Origin: an uncultured Bacteroidota bacterium | GTDB taxonomy: Bacteria > Bacteroidota > Ignavibacteria > UBA10030 > UBA6906 | Length of the DNA stretch: 64,000 nucleotides | NCBI GenBank assembly: GCA_963700635.1 | Contig: CAVOYH010000003.1 | Span: 1,440,001 to 1,504,000 of the forward strand | Reading direction: 5' to 3' | Part shown: positions 40,988-50,231 of the stretch, piece after piece | How positions within the stretch are numbered: position 1 is the stretch's first letter | Layout of the letters: each line of letters starts with the position of its first letter | Position numbers and translations under genes: made by a program | Notes under the pieces: model-generated | Database searches by the model: none | The model's input: the letters and a program-made list of their open reading frames with translations, nothing else | What the model was told of the DNA's origin: nothing

Positions 40988-42940
40988 CTACGGAAGATCC
41001 ACTGCCATCAGCTTCCATGTACTTCCGAAATAGAGCGTGCGGTCCACGATGGGGCCCACCACGTCGATGCTGACGGGGCTCTCCCCCAACCATTCGGTCT
41101 CACAGGTACCCGGTTTTACCCGGTAGATGCCCTTCGCTGTGGCGCCGAACACCCGGCCCCGGCTATCGGCCCGCAGGGACTTGAAGCCGAATTCCCCGAA
41201 CTCACCGTATTCCGCTGGCAACTCTCTCACCTCTTTCGCGCGCCGCTGTGCCGGGTCGATGAGGGCAATCGCGGCAGATGCCGGCTTCGCCCCGTGGTGC
41301 TCGACGAGGAACGCCGGGCGGGCCAGCAGCGCATAGACCAGGCCACCCTCTGCCGGTACCAGGGCGACCACATCGCGCGGCTCTGCGATCCCGAAATTCC
41401 CTGCAGAGTCCAGACAATCGCGCACCGGGTTCCACAAAGCGAAGGCCCCATGGTCCCGGTTCACTTGCACGCCCGAGCCCGGCTCGGTGCTCAAACCGAT
41501 CAGCAGGCGCCGGATGCCGGGCAGCCACAGCGCCGACACGGGCGTCAGGTCCTCGATTACAGTACGGTGGAAGCCGCGCTGCGCGGTCCGGGGATCGAAC
41601 CACGATAACGTCCCGCTGCGCAGGCCGTAGTTCGGCGCCGAGCCGATCCACAACTTCCCATCCGGAAGCGCCACGGTGAAGTGCGGACGGTAGCCGATCA
41701 TGCCGTCGTCAATCGGCCCGACGTCGAGCGGGTTGGCGCCCGGACCGGTGCCGAACCGGTATGGCAGCGCGGGGTCGTAGAGCGACAGGCGCGCGGATGG
41801 ATAGGACGCGATCGCCAGCTTGCCCTCGAAGTTCTCCATCGAGTACGCCTCTCCCAGCGAAATACTGCACTGGCCGAGGTCCACCATGCCCGAGCCGTCC
41901 AGTTCGCAGCGGAACAGGTGCTCCGGCAGGTAGCTCGAACCGTAGATCTTCCCGTCCGGTCCGTGATGAATCAGAAACAACGCCGAGCCGGCGCCCGCCC
42001 AGTCCAGGCGAAGGTCCTGCGGCGCTTCCCCCGCCCGCTGCAGTCGGAGCGTCCGGTAAACCGAGGATTCGTAGTCGGGCATGCCGGCCGTCCAACCGCC
42101 CGGCATCACCACGGGTGCCTGGTAATCATGCTTGTAGACGGCGGGCACGCCCGCCTGAGGTGCCGGCAGCGTGGATACAGGCGTGGCTTGCAGCCCTTCG
42201 ATCCGGAATCCACCTGCATCGGTGTCGAGGTGGAGCTTTCCGTCCTCACCCTTGAAGAACTGGAACCGCACGCCCGAGGCGGAGGGCTCATTGACCACCG
42301 GCCCCACCTGGCGGCGCTCGCCGGTCCTCGGGTCCATCGCCACCACGAAGAACCGCGTCATCTTCACCTGCATCGCCAGGGTGCCTTCGTCGCCGACGAG
42401 CGGATAAAGGTATTTGTCGGTCTCGTCAATCCGGCCGAAGCGGGTGAACTGACCGGTGGCCGGATCGAACCGGGTCAGGTTTGCCTCGGGATAGGAGCCG
42501 ATGTAGAGCGAGCCGTCCGGCGCTTCCTGGATCCCGCACGGAAAGGTCACGTGTCCGGGATCGATCGCGCCCAGGTCTTCCACCCCCCGCTCTGGATGGG
42601 CAGGGTCGTAACGGTGCAGATGCCCCAGCCACGCAGAGCCGATATACAGGATACCCGTGCGCGGACTGCGAAGCGAGGCGGTCGGGAAATCGGCCTGCGC
42701 CGAGCCGACGGGGAATTGCCGGCAGTGTCCGGTCGTCAGGTCCACGTCGCAGACGAAGAGGCCTCCGTTATTCTGGCCCATGGACAGCAGCACCGACGGC
42801 CGGCCCGCGAGCGAGCCGGGATGGATGCGCACCCAGTTGACTCCCTTCACCGGGATGCCCAGCTCCCGGACCCGCAGCTGGGCCGCGGTGGAGGTCAGCT
42901 CCAACATCAGGAGGAGTGCGACGACTGACGTATTGTGCAT
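40988..42940 (-). CDS. Secreted beta-propeller hypothetical protein (high GC)
   Basis: Signal peptide; repeated DG.LY.GSYP.A.L..DP blades; RBS GGAGGT. Confidence 0.75.
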   Translation of the reverse strand: MHNTSVVALLLMLELTSTAAQLRVRELGIPVKGVNWVRIHPGSLAGRPSVLLSMGQNNGGLFVCDVDLTTGHCRQFPVGSAQADFPTASLRSPRTGILYIGSAWLGHLHRYDPAHPERGVEDLGAIDPGHVTFPCGIQEAPDGSLYIGSYPEANLTRFDPATGQFTRFGRIDETDKYLYPLVGDEGTLAMQVKMTRFFVVAMDPRTGERRQVGPVVNEPSASGVRFQFFKGEDGKLHLDTDAGGFRIEGLQATPVSTLPAPQAGVPAVYKHDYQAPVVMPGGWTAGMPDYESSVYRTLRLQRAGEAPQDLRLDWAGAGSALFLIHHGPDGKIYGSSYLPEHLFRCELDGSGMVDLGQCSISLGEAYSMENFEGKLAIASYPSARLSLYDPALPYRFGTGPGANPLDVGPIDDGMIGYRPHFTVALPDGKLWIGSAPNYGLRSGTLSWFDPRTAQRGFHRTVIEDLTPVSALWLPGIRRLLIGLSTEPGSGVQVNRDHGAFALWNPVRDCLDSAGNFGIAEPRDVVALVPAEGGLVYALLARPAFLVEHHGAKPASAAIALIDPAQRRAKEVRELPAEYGEFGEFGFKSLRADSRGRVFGATAKGIYRVKPGTCETEWLGESPVSIDVVGPIVDRTLYFGSTWKLMAVDLP

Positions 42941-43083
42941 GTGAGACCTCCGGATCATGCGGGGAATTGCAACTCACCATTGGCGAGGGTCAACGCCGTC
43001 TGGTCGTCCAGTTTGTGGTCACCAGTACTGAAAAGTAAACAAGATTGGAAAGAAAGCAAGTCCAAAACGCCGTCCAACCCCGC

Positions 43084-43130
43084 TGACCTAGCTCCCTCAG
43101 ACTGAACCAATTTGTGTACCGGGATTGGAC
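43084..43130 (+). mobile_element. IS3-like terminal IR (solo)
   Basis: TGACCT...CCAATT...GGGATTGGAC; 31/47 ungapped match to the reverse complement of 47597-47643. Confidence 0.6.
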
Positions 43131-43149
43131 CGAAGGTATACCTACGGGA

Positions 43150-43350
43150 CGTACCTCATATCACTCGGCTACGAAATCACGGTTGTGAAGGAGCTTCTGG
43201 CTCCACGATCATCTGGAGGAATTCGGCGCACGTTGTGTCGTGACACCACCGAGTCTGATACCTCACGACTACGGCAATCACGTCAAGACTGACAGGAAGG
43301 ACAGCCGAAAGCTGGCCCATCTTCTGGCGAAGGGCCTGCTGAAGAAGGAT
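43150..43350 (+). mobile_element. IS110-family transposase N-terminal remnant
   Basis: FWLHDHL...CVVTPPSLIP...VKTDRKDSRKLAHLLAKGLL. Confidence 0.8.
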
Positions 43351-43590
43351 AGGCATTTCAGGTGCCCCAGCCAGCGCCTGTACCTGATGCCGCGCCTGGG
43401 GCATCGGGGGAGGAGAATAGCGTGTTCTGCAACGATCTTCCACACCGCACCTCCTGGAACAGACAGGAACTCGGCGAGCCCTGGCGGCCAAAGGAATCTT
43501 TCTTGATTCGAGCCTGCTTGTACAGTATCTTGCTGCAAACTTGCCAAGACACTCACCGTAACGTAGACCAGCAAATCAAAAGGACTTCTC

Positions 43591-45390
43591 ATGAAAAGAG
43601 CCATTGGTTCTGTTCTCGTGATCGTTTTTCTGATCGGCATCTATCAAGGGTGTCGACAGCAGAATATGCTGCAGACCGAATTTTTCGTGGCAGCAGATGG
43701 CAATGATGCGAATGATGGCACTCGAGCAGAGCCCTTCGCTACACTTCAACGCGCTGCAGATGCTATTCGTGAGAAGGGCCCCTGGCAGCACGATGTGCGG
43801 ATTCTGGTGCGGGAAGGTGTCTATGTTCTGGATCGTGCCGTTGTATTTACGGATAAAGAGGCAAGTAGCCAAAAATATTCGATCACCGTCACGGCCTATC
43901 CTGGCAGTCAACCGGTTTTTATGGGCGGTCGAAGCATCAACGGCTGGCGAAAAGGCAAGAAGAACCTGTGGACAACCGAATTGCCGGATGTCAGAGATGG
44001 GAAATGGTGGTTCAGACAATTGTTCGTCAACGGTCGCGCGTTACCTCGTAGCCGCTATCCGAATCAACCCGAAATGTTGACGATCAAAACAGTGACGAGT
44101 GATGTCAAGAAGTTTGCTTTTGAAATCAACTTGCCCGCATTTTCTCCATCTGCACAAAACACGGAATTGGTGGTCCTGCATGATTGGTCGATCGCGCGGG
44201 GACTCATTTCCGAGGTCAGCCCCGGCAGTGTCGGGACTAGAACTGCGATGGGATGGATTGGACATGAGTGGACGACGGCGCGCGTGGGTCGCAAAGCCTA
44301 CCTGGAGCATGCAAGGGAGTTCATTGATGTGCCCGGCGAATGGTATCTCGACCGTACTCACGGGATTCTCTACTATCAGGCTGGTGAAAATGAAGATCCG
44401 AATCTTGAGGAATTCATTGCACCCCGTACTGCGGAATTACTCGTTCTGCAGGGGAGCAAAGGCGCACGCGTGCGAAATCTCAACTTTGTGAACTTGACAT
44501 TTGCCTATTCATCCTGGCAACTTCCGGAAATAGGCTACTGCGGCATTCAAGCGGCCCATCATGGCACGAAATATAGCGTTGAACCCACGTTTGCCATGCC
44601 TCTTGCTGTTCGTCTGCAGTTTGCAGAAAACTGCAGTTTCATCGGATGCAGATTCGTACACCTGGGTTCCAGTGGACTGGGCATGGGAGCCGGGTGTTGC
44701 GACAATAGAGTCCTGGGTTGTGAATTCGGCGATATCGGTGGAAATGGCATCATGATCGGCTGGCGTCCTCGAGCCGATGACCCGCCTCGATTGTGGTTCG
44801 AGAATGACTGGAAAGATGTGGAAGAAATACCGCGACGGAATCTTGTCTCGAACTGCTATGTACACGATTGCGGAACAGTTAACCTGGGCGCTGTCGGCAT
44901 TTTCGAGGCTTTTTCGGAGAAGTCGCGCATCAGTCATAATCTATTGAACAACCTGCCGTATACCGGCATATCGATCGGCTTTCGCTGGGATGACACGCCG
45001 ACCAGTCAACGCGAATGTACCGTGGAGTACAATCATATCCACAGCGTCATGAAATCCTTGGCTGATGGCGGTGGCATATATACCCTCGGGTTTCAGCCGG
45101 GAACCGTACTCAAAGGGAATCTCATTCACGATATTAGACGCTCGGCCGATGCCGGTGGCTCACCCAACAATGGTATCTTTTTGGATCAAGGCAGCAAAGG
45201 CTTTGTCATTGAAGACAATGTGATCTTTGACACCTCCGGCGAAGCGGTTCGTCTTGGTCAAAGCCAAATGGATTGGCATGTATGGAAGAACAACAAGTTT
45301 TCCCGATCCGGGAAATCGCAGTTTTCCATGAACGATGCTCTCCAAGCAGGCCCGGAGGGTGGATACAGGTCCTTGTTTCTCGAGAGGTGA
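43591..45390 (+). CDS. Right-handed beta-helix glycoside hydrolase (GH141-like)
   Basis: FVAADGND...PFATL.RA, RQLFVNG, PGEWYLD, PYTGISIG and DGGGIYTLG motifs. Confidence 0.82.
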   Translation: MKRAIGSVLVIVFLIGIYQGCRQQNMLQTEFFVAADGNDANDGTRAEPFATLQRAADAIREKGPWQHDVRILVREGVYVLDRAVVFTDKEASSQKYSITVTAYPGSQPVFMGGRSINGWRKGKKNLWTTELPDVRDGKWWFRQLFVNGRALPRSRYPNQPEMLTIKTVTSDVKKFAFEINLPAFSPSAQNTELVVLHDWSIARGLISEVSPGSVGTRTAMGWIGHEWTTARVGRKAYLEHAREFIDVPGEWYLDRTHGILYYQAGENEDPNLEEFIAPRTAELLVLQGSKGARVRNLNFVNLTFAYSSWQLPEIGYCGIQAAHHGTKYSVEPTFAMPLAVRLQFAENCSFIGCRFVHLGSSGLGMGAGCCDNRVLGCEFGDIGGNGIMIGWRPRADDPPRLWFENDWKDVEEIPRRNLVSNCYVHDCGTVNLGAVGIFEAFSEKSRISHNLLNNLPYTGISIGFRWDDTPTSQRECTVEYNHIHSVMKSLADGGGIYTLGFQPGTVLKGNLIHDIRRSADAGGSPNNGIFLDQGSKGFVIEDNVIFDTSGEAVRLGQSQMDWHVWKNNKFSRSGKSQFSMNDALQAGPEGGYRSLFLER

Positions 45391-45579
45391 TCTGAAGCGA
45401 TTTGCAAAGGGTCGCTATTCCTTCCGCTCGCTGTCAACGAGCCGTTCGCACCACATGCCGGGTCGAGATGATCGGCCCGGATGACCATTGACGGTAGGCA
45501 CAGGCTCTATTTCTGTCAGTCGACACAATGACCGTCGTCTCATGCTTGGCCCTTCTTGCTCTTGCTGAACCCGGTCATC

Positions 45580-45710
45580 CAGAAGCTGTTTGCCGCCCTC
45601 TGCGGGTGCGGCAGTACGATGTTCTGCTTCAGGAGCTGCTCAGCGAACCTGACCGGCGTGATTCCCTCAACTCCCATCAAGAACGCACTCGTGCCATTCG
45701 CGACCCTTTC
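45580..45710 (-). pseudogene. Gene fragment resembling a threonine-aldolase-family C-terminus
   Basis: ERVANGTSAFLMGVEGITPVRFAEQLLKQNIVLPHP; resemblance from memory only. Confidence 0.3.
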
Positions 45711-45711
45711 G

Positions 45712-46506
45712 CTAGAATTGATACTCCACTGATACGGTCGCGTAATGGAACCACGCGAAGTTGTACACCTCTTCCACGTCCGCTCCACCTTCCACTGTCC
45801 GGTACCCGGCGGCAATGCTCCAGGAGCTGTTCAGACCATAGCGCAGTTTCAACGATGCGTCCACAGCACGTCCGGGTCCTCCCGCAAGCCCGTCAACGTC
45901 AAGGACTGTACTCCATTGGTTCCCAAACCGGACCTGTCCCGCAAGATGGAGAAGGGGAACGAAACCCAGGTCTGTCTTGCTTGCTGATCTGCCTTGCTGT
46001 TCCAAACTGATCTTCGCATCGCGCACCTTGGCCGTGAAGCCGATCCACCAGCGCCATTCAGTGCCGTGGTAGATATTGTACCTGTAGCTCAGTCGCCATG
46101 AGTTGAACTTGTACGTGCCATCAGTGGGAACCCCGGGCTGGAATGTTTCTCCGGCGAAGTTTACGGACGAAGCAAACTGACCGCTCTTCGTGTAGGAGAG
46201 AGGTGCAAGCAACACACGGAGGCCATGGCGTTCGTTGATATGCCAGAGAATGTACAATCGGGCTGCCGGGAGTGGTCCGGAGCCGACCAGATCGACCAGC
46301 GAATAACGGGTGCCGGTTTGATTGTTGGGAATCTGAACGGTGTTGCGGCCTTGCCATACCGGGCCGGCCTCGAGCTCTACAACATACCGGGAGAAAGTAG
46401 AGTCGGGAACTGTTTCCGCCCGGCCTATTGTTGTGAAGGTGAGGCAATGAACGATACTCACAAGAATGAAAGTCGGGAGGGCGCAGGATTGCAGCGGTCG
46501 TGTCAT
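45712..46506 (-). CDS. Outer-membrane beta-barrel hypothetical protein
   Basis: Signal peptide; amphipathic strands; GYR.VEGGAD; terminal YQF. Confidence 0.75.
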   Translation of the reverse strand: MTRPLQSCALPTFILVSIVHCLTFTTIGRAETVPDSTFSRYVVELEAGPVWQGRNTVQIPNNQTGTRYSLVDLVGSGPLPAARLYILWHINERHGLRVLLAPLSYTKSGQFASSVNFAGETFQPGVPTDGTYKFNSWRLSYRYNIYHGTEWRWWIGFTAKVRDAKISLEQQGRSASKTDLGFVPLLHLAGQVRFGNQWSTVLDVDGLAGGPGRAVDASLKLRYGLNSSWSIAAGYRTVEGGADVEEVYNFAWFHYATVSVEYQF

Positions 46507-46619
46507 AGGAGTCTCCGGGTGTGATCGGTTCTTTGAGAAGGTAACGATTTCGAGCTGATGGGGCAAGAACGGACCCAACTGCCATGCGTGGGATCGCGAA
46601 ACTGGGACCTTTTCTGATT

Positions 46620-46763
46620 CACCGGTTCCAGAAGAGCGATGTGAAGACTGTTGTGAAGGGCAAAGACGACATGATCAATGCGGCCAAAGTCGTCACGGTT
46701 GACATTGTACTTAGCAATAGCGTGATTTGTGTACTCGACGGTGTCATTATGCCGCCGGCCTAA
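46620..46763 (+). pseudogene. Fasciclin (FAS1) domain C-terminal remnant
   Basis: KGKDDMINAAKVVTVDIVLSNSVICVLDGVIMPPA* matches the FAS1 H2 pattern (DI.ASNGVIHVID.V.MP), degenerate. Confidence 0.75.
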
Positions 46764-46825
46764 AAGAAGACGGCGCCGAAAGGCGAGAAACTGTACTGAA
46801 CCTCCTTCTTCAGGAGTGTTTGCAG

Positions 46826-46859
46826 GAAAGACCCGTCGCACTGTCGGGTCTTTCTTTTT
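46826..46859 (+). terminator. Intrinsic terminator after the fasciclin remnant
   Basis: gaaagacccg-N9-cgggtctttc followed by a T tract. Confidence 0.8.
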
Positions 46860-46960
46860 CCTGGAAGGAATTCATCGCGCACGCATCGTCGGGCGTTGCG
46901 CGGCTGGAGTCGCCGGAGATAGATCCCCTTTCATCAAACGCAAAATCGGAATAAATTATC

Positions 46961-47494
46961 ATGACCATCAATACAATTGTATGCACTTTCGCCATTGGTG
47001 TCCTGGCCGGGTGCGGATCCACCGTCCCGAATAGGTTTCCCGTGGGGGAGCTTTTCCCCTCAGTTCAGGGGAAATCTCTGGACGGACAGCACACGATGAT
47101 ACCGGAAGTATTCAAAGGGAAGAAGGTCATCCTCGTGCTTGCTTACAAACAGAACACGCAGTTCGACGTTGACCGATGGGGTATTGGTTTTTTTACATCG
47201 CATCTCTCACTCCCGCCCATCTACGAGATTCCGACAATCCCGGGGTTGATTCCTTCACTATTCAAGGAGAGTATCGACGAAGGAATGAAGAAGGGAATCC
47301 CAAAGGAGTCATGGAAAGACGTCATCACGATGTACGGGAGCGAAGGGGCAAAGCTGACGGAGTGGACAGGCACAGAGAACCCCAACAACGCACGAGTCAT
47401 TCTTCTCGATGAGGAGGGCCGTGTGCTCTGGTTTCATGACCGTGGGTACGGCCTCCCGCCCCTGGCTGGATTGCTGGAGAAGCTGGGTGGCTGA
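46961..47494 (+). CDS. Lipoprotein with thioredoxin-like (ATP10-like) fold
   Basis: Lipobox LAGC; FP.V.G.SLDG, QFDVDRW and LLDEEG.V.W motifs. Confidence 0.7.
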   Translation: MTINTIVCTFAIGVLAGCGSTVPNRFPVGELFPSVQGKSLDGQHTMIPEVFKGKKVILVLAYKQNTQFDVDRWGIGFFTSHLSLPPIYEIPTIPGLIPSLFKESIDEGMKKGIPKESWKDVITMYGSEGAKLTEWTGTENPNNARVILLDEEGRVLWFHDRGYGLPPLAGLLEKLGG

Positions 47495-47539
47495 GCAGCC
47501 CTCTATAACTCCGAAATGAATTGAGGGCGTTGTCGATCC

Positions 47540-47643
47540 CTCACAACTCTGCCGTCGATTTCTTGCCTTTCATTTACCCCCCCCCCTTTTTTTTGCGTCC
47601 AATCCCAACATACGAATTGGACCGATTTGTTGGGGGCAGGTCG
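47540..47643 (-). mobile_element. IS3-family left end with OrfA start remnant
   Basis: CGACCTGCCCCC...GGATTGGAC, then A8G10, then ATG (MKGKKSTAEL*). Confidence 0.65.
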
Positions 47644-47820
47644 TAAAGACCACCCTGATCTATTCCAAGGCAAAACCGTAGTTGCTGCGAGATGCAATAA
47701 GGAGTCTTGAGAGCATCGGCCGGAATGGTTACAAAATGCTTACACGGAGCTCTGAAGAAAACGAAAAGCCACTTGACGAAAAACCGAGGCTCGCAAGTGG
47801 CTGATAGTTCTAGATTTTAG

Positions 47821-47835
47821 TGTGCCCGGAACAGG
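47821..47835 (-). repeat. tRNA-Leu 3'-end copy (att-like)
   Basis: tgtgcccggaacagg, 15/15 to 57769-57783; hairpin agccacttg/caagtggct ~20 bp to its left. Confidence 0.8.
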
Positions 47836-47953
47836 GTGCACACTTGATTGAAGATTCCCGCTGGAATTTGCCGTTGTGGACGGTTTCACGAAGGCTCTCG
47901 GATCTCGTGGAGAGTTGATTTGGCTCAAACGGGGAGATCACCGAGCCCAACCT

Positions 47954-48029
47954 ATGCTAATCAATGCTAATCAATGCTAAATTAGTATTGACTTTTATAC
48001 TAATCCAGTATAGTTTAGTATAAAAGTCA
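47954..48029 (+). promoter_or_regulatory. Fic promoter region: 10-bp tandem repeats plus a perfect 15-bp inverted repeat
   Basis: atgctaatca x2.7; tgacttttatactaa-N11-ttagtataaaagtca overlapping TTGACT. Confidence 0.7.
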
Positions 48030-48031
48030 CC

Positions 48032-49375
48032 ATGCCCATGAAACCCACAGCGATACCACCTGATTTCACCAAAATCTTCCTTAGTGATCCACAAAGAATC
48101 GTCTCATTGTTCTCACAGGAGGAAACCCGGGATCTGATACAGAGAGCCAATGAGAAGTACTTGCACTGGGACGATTTTCGGTTCCGTCCAATGCCAGGAG
48201 GCATAACACCTGAGATGGGCTGGTCGTTGTTGAAGATGTCGAGGTTTGGCCAGAACAGACCCGTCGGACTGGTGAGCACGGATGGGACCTCATTCGGCTA
48301 CTGGTTACCGGATGGGATTCAGCGAGAATTGCACTTAATAGATCAGAACGCAACGGGTCAGATATTGATAGACGAACCGATCGCGGGACCAACGGATCGA
48401 GACAGGTATATATTGAGTTCATTGATGGAAGAGGCAATTGCATCGAGCATACTTGAAGGGGCTGCGACCACCCGCAAGAAAGCGAAGGAGATGTTACGGC
48501 AGGAAAGAAAGCCGCGCAATAGGGGCGAACAAATGGTATACAATAATTACAACACCATGAGTATGGTAAAGGGTCTGGCTGACCGCGAGTTATCGGCTGA
48601 AATGTTATGCGAACTGCAGGCCTCCATGGCTGCCGGCACGCTTGAGGACGCAAGTGCTGCTGGACGCTTCAGGAGGTCAGATGAAGAGGTTCATGTCGTT
48701 GACATGACGGATGGTCATATACTGCATACACCTCCGCCGGCAGGTGAACTCGATCGGAGAGTCAAACAACTCTGCAAATTTGCCAATGACACCCCGGAAT
48801 CGACATTCATTCATCCCGTCGTCAAGGCCATCATCCTTCATTTTTGGCTGGCATACGAACATCCTTTCGTGGATGGAAACGGGAGAACAGCACGTGCCCT
48901 TTTCTACTGGTTCATGCTAAAACAGAAATATTGGCTGATAGAGTTTTTACCGATATCCAGGATCATTCTCAAAGCACCCTCGAAGTATTTGAGAGCTTTC
49001 CGATACTCGGAGACAGACGGCGGAGACTTGACCTATTTTATCTCCTTTCACGTCAAGGCTCTTCGCCTGGCAATAGAAGACCTGAACCTATACATCGGGA
49101 GGAAACAGTTCGCACTTAAGAAGGCGAAATCGGAGCTGCGCAGAATTCCCGGGTTGAACCACCGCCAGGTGGAAATCTTGCAGCACGCCCTGAGACATCC
49201 GGACAGCACGTATACCATTCGCAGACACATGAATACCCATGGCATTGTCTATCAGACTGCCAGGACAGATCTCTTTGACCTGGAAAGGAAGGGATTCTTC
49301 AAAACCGTGAAGGAGGGACGGACCTATGTATTCCTCCCGGACGAGGACATGGCTAAAAAGCTGAAGGTGGGGTGA
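48032..49375 (+). CDS. Fic family protein with N-terminal inhibitory motif and C-terminal wHTH
   Basis: SSILEG inhibitory motif; HPFVDGNGRTAR; TARTDL.DL...G HTH tail. Confidence 0.92.
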   Translation: MPMKPTAIPPDFTKIFLSDPQRIVSLFSQEETRDLIQRANEKYLHWDDFRFRPMPGGITPEMGWSLLKMSRFGQNRPVGLVSTDGTSFGYWLPDGIQRELHLIDQNATGQILIDEPIAGPTDRDRYILSSLMEEAIASSILEGAATTRKKAKEMLRQERKPRNRGEQMVYNNYNTMSMVKGLADRELSAEMLCELQASMAAGTLEDASAAGRFRRSDEEVHVVDMTDGHILHTPPPAGELDRRVKQLCKFANDTPESTFIHPVVKAIILHFWLAYEHPFVDGNGRTARALFYWFMLKQKYWLIEFLPISRIILKAPSKYLRAFRYSETDGGDLTYFISFHVKALRLAIEDLNLYIGRKQFALKKAKSELRRIPGLNHRQVEILQHALRHPDSTYTIRRHMNTHGIVYQTARTDLFDLERKGFFKTVKEGRTYVFLPDEDMAKKLKVG

Positions 49376-49459
49376 CATTTCCAAAACGCAAAATGCTGAG
49401 AGGTGGTTAAACCCCTCAGCACTCAGGCTTCGGAAGAAGATGTATTTCTTATGGAATCG

Positions 49460-49474
49460 GTGCCCGGAACAAGA
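49460..49474 (-). repeat. tRNA-Leu 3'-end copy (att-like)
   Basis: gtgcccggaacaaga, 14/15 to 57770-57784; hairpin tgctgag/ctcagca to its left. Confidence 0.7.
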
Positions 49475-49504
49475 TAAATCGAACACTCACAAGGGTGCCG
49501 GGTG

Positions 49505-49597
49505 CTTGAGATAGCCGTTGCCTAAGCTCCGCATACTCTCCGGCCGGACGTCTGTCAGATTCTTCCCCATCACGGCTTCATGGAGGTGCGACAACGA
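49505..49597 (+). pseudogene. hicA: hicB 3' end / hicA 5' remnant
   Basis: Near copy of 36102-36195 with a frameshift; the rest of hicA is deleted. Confidence 0.85.
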
Positions 49598-49625
49598 CGC
49601 GGGCCGAGCGGCCTTCTCGCTCTCC

Positions 49626-50231
49626 TCACCAGAACGCTTTACGAAACCTCGTTCTGGGGTTGTCAAAGCGCACCTTGGTGGGATCGAATGCTTTCAGATC
49701 GTAGGGCCAATTCTTCCGGGTTTGAGCGTTCAGCCATACGACGGTGGACTCGTAGTCTTCGTGCGAAGGTCTGCGAAGAAGTCGAAGAAGATCTGCATAT
49801 CCGGAAACACCGCCGCAATCTTCCGGAGGACAGGCTCCTGCGCCGCCTGTACACCGCGGGTACTTCGTGCCGGGCACTTGCGGGAGGTACTTCTCGAAGC
49901 GCACCTCATGGACCCAGGAATCACCGAAATCGTACTCGTATTGAGCGACCACTCCAACCTCGGTGAAATATTCAGTCATATCGACATCCCACCCAGGTAA
50001 CTGGGTTGTCTCAGAATCCCCTTCTTCCGGTGTGCCAATATCGATCAGGTTTGTCCCCACTTGAAACCTGAAGTTATGCAGGTGATAGTCAAGCCATCCC
50101 ATTACATCCTGAATTGCGACGTGCAGATCCCAGAAGGAATAGGTCGAAGGAACTTCGATTCGTCGCCATACACGGGGAGAATGGCCGAGGAGAGTGATTT
50201 TGAACCGGAGCGCATACTTCTGAGTTTTCAT
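49626..50231 (-). CDS. pRiA4b ORF-3 family protein
   Basis: P.VWRRIEVP...LH.AIQ..MGW.DYHLH, YEYDFGDSW and CPPEDCGG motifs. Confidence 0.9.
   Translation of the reverse strand: MKTQKYALRFKITLLGHSPRVWRRIEVPSTYSFWDLHVAIQDVMGWLDYHLHNFRFQVGTNLIDIGTPEEGDSETTQLPGWDVDMTEYFTEVGVVAQYEYDFGDSWVHEVRFEKYLPQVPGTKYPRCTGGAGACPPEDCGGVSGYADLLRLLRRPSHEDYESTVVWLNAQTRKNWPYDLKAFDPTKVRFDNPRTRFRKAFW

Noticed and set aside
41681-42928. Long alternative ORFs (415 aa here; also 626-1705, 6292-7332, 16797-17636, 23451-24407)
   Set aside because: These are antisense shadows of well-supported genes in GC-rich sequence and carry no motifs.
40829-43083. attC-like starts gtctaacccc (40829) and gtccaacccc (~43072)
   Set aside because: No matching GTTRRRY end or extended hairpin follows either one.
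46619-46747. 42-aa hydrophobic minus-strand ORF as a type I toxin
   Set aside because: It is the exact antisense of the fasciclin remnant.
46751-46860. Possible riboswitch or 6S-like RNA (GAAA hairpin, CCTAA, CCTCC/GGAG, terminator)
   Set aside because: The start of the segment is the stop codon of the fasciclin remnant, so a 3' UTR plus terminator explains it. No complete Rfam-type consensus is visible. An Infernal scan would settle it.
47577-47594. C10-T8 homopolymer as a phase-variation switch
   Set aside because: It lies within a dead IS3 left end, not in an intact gene or an evident promoter.
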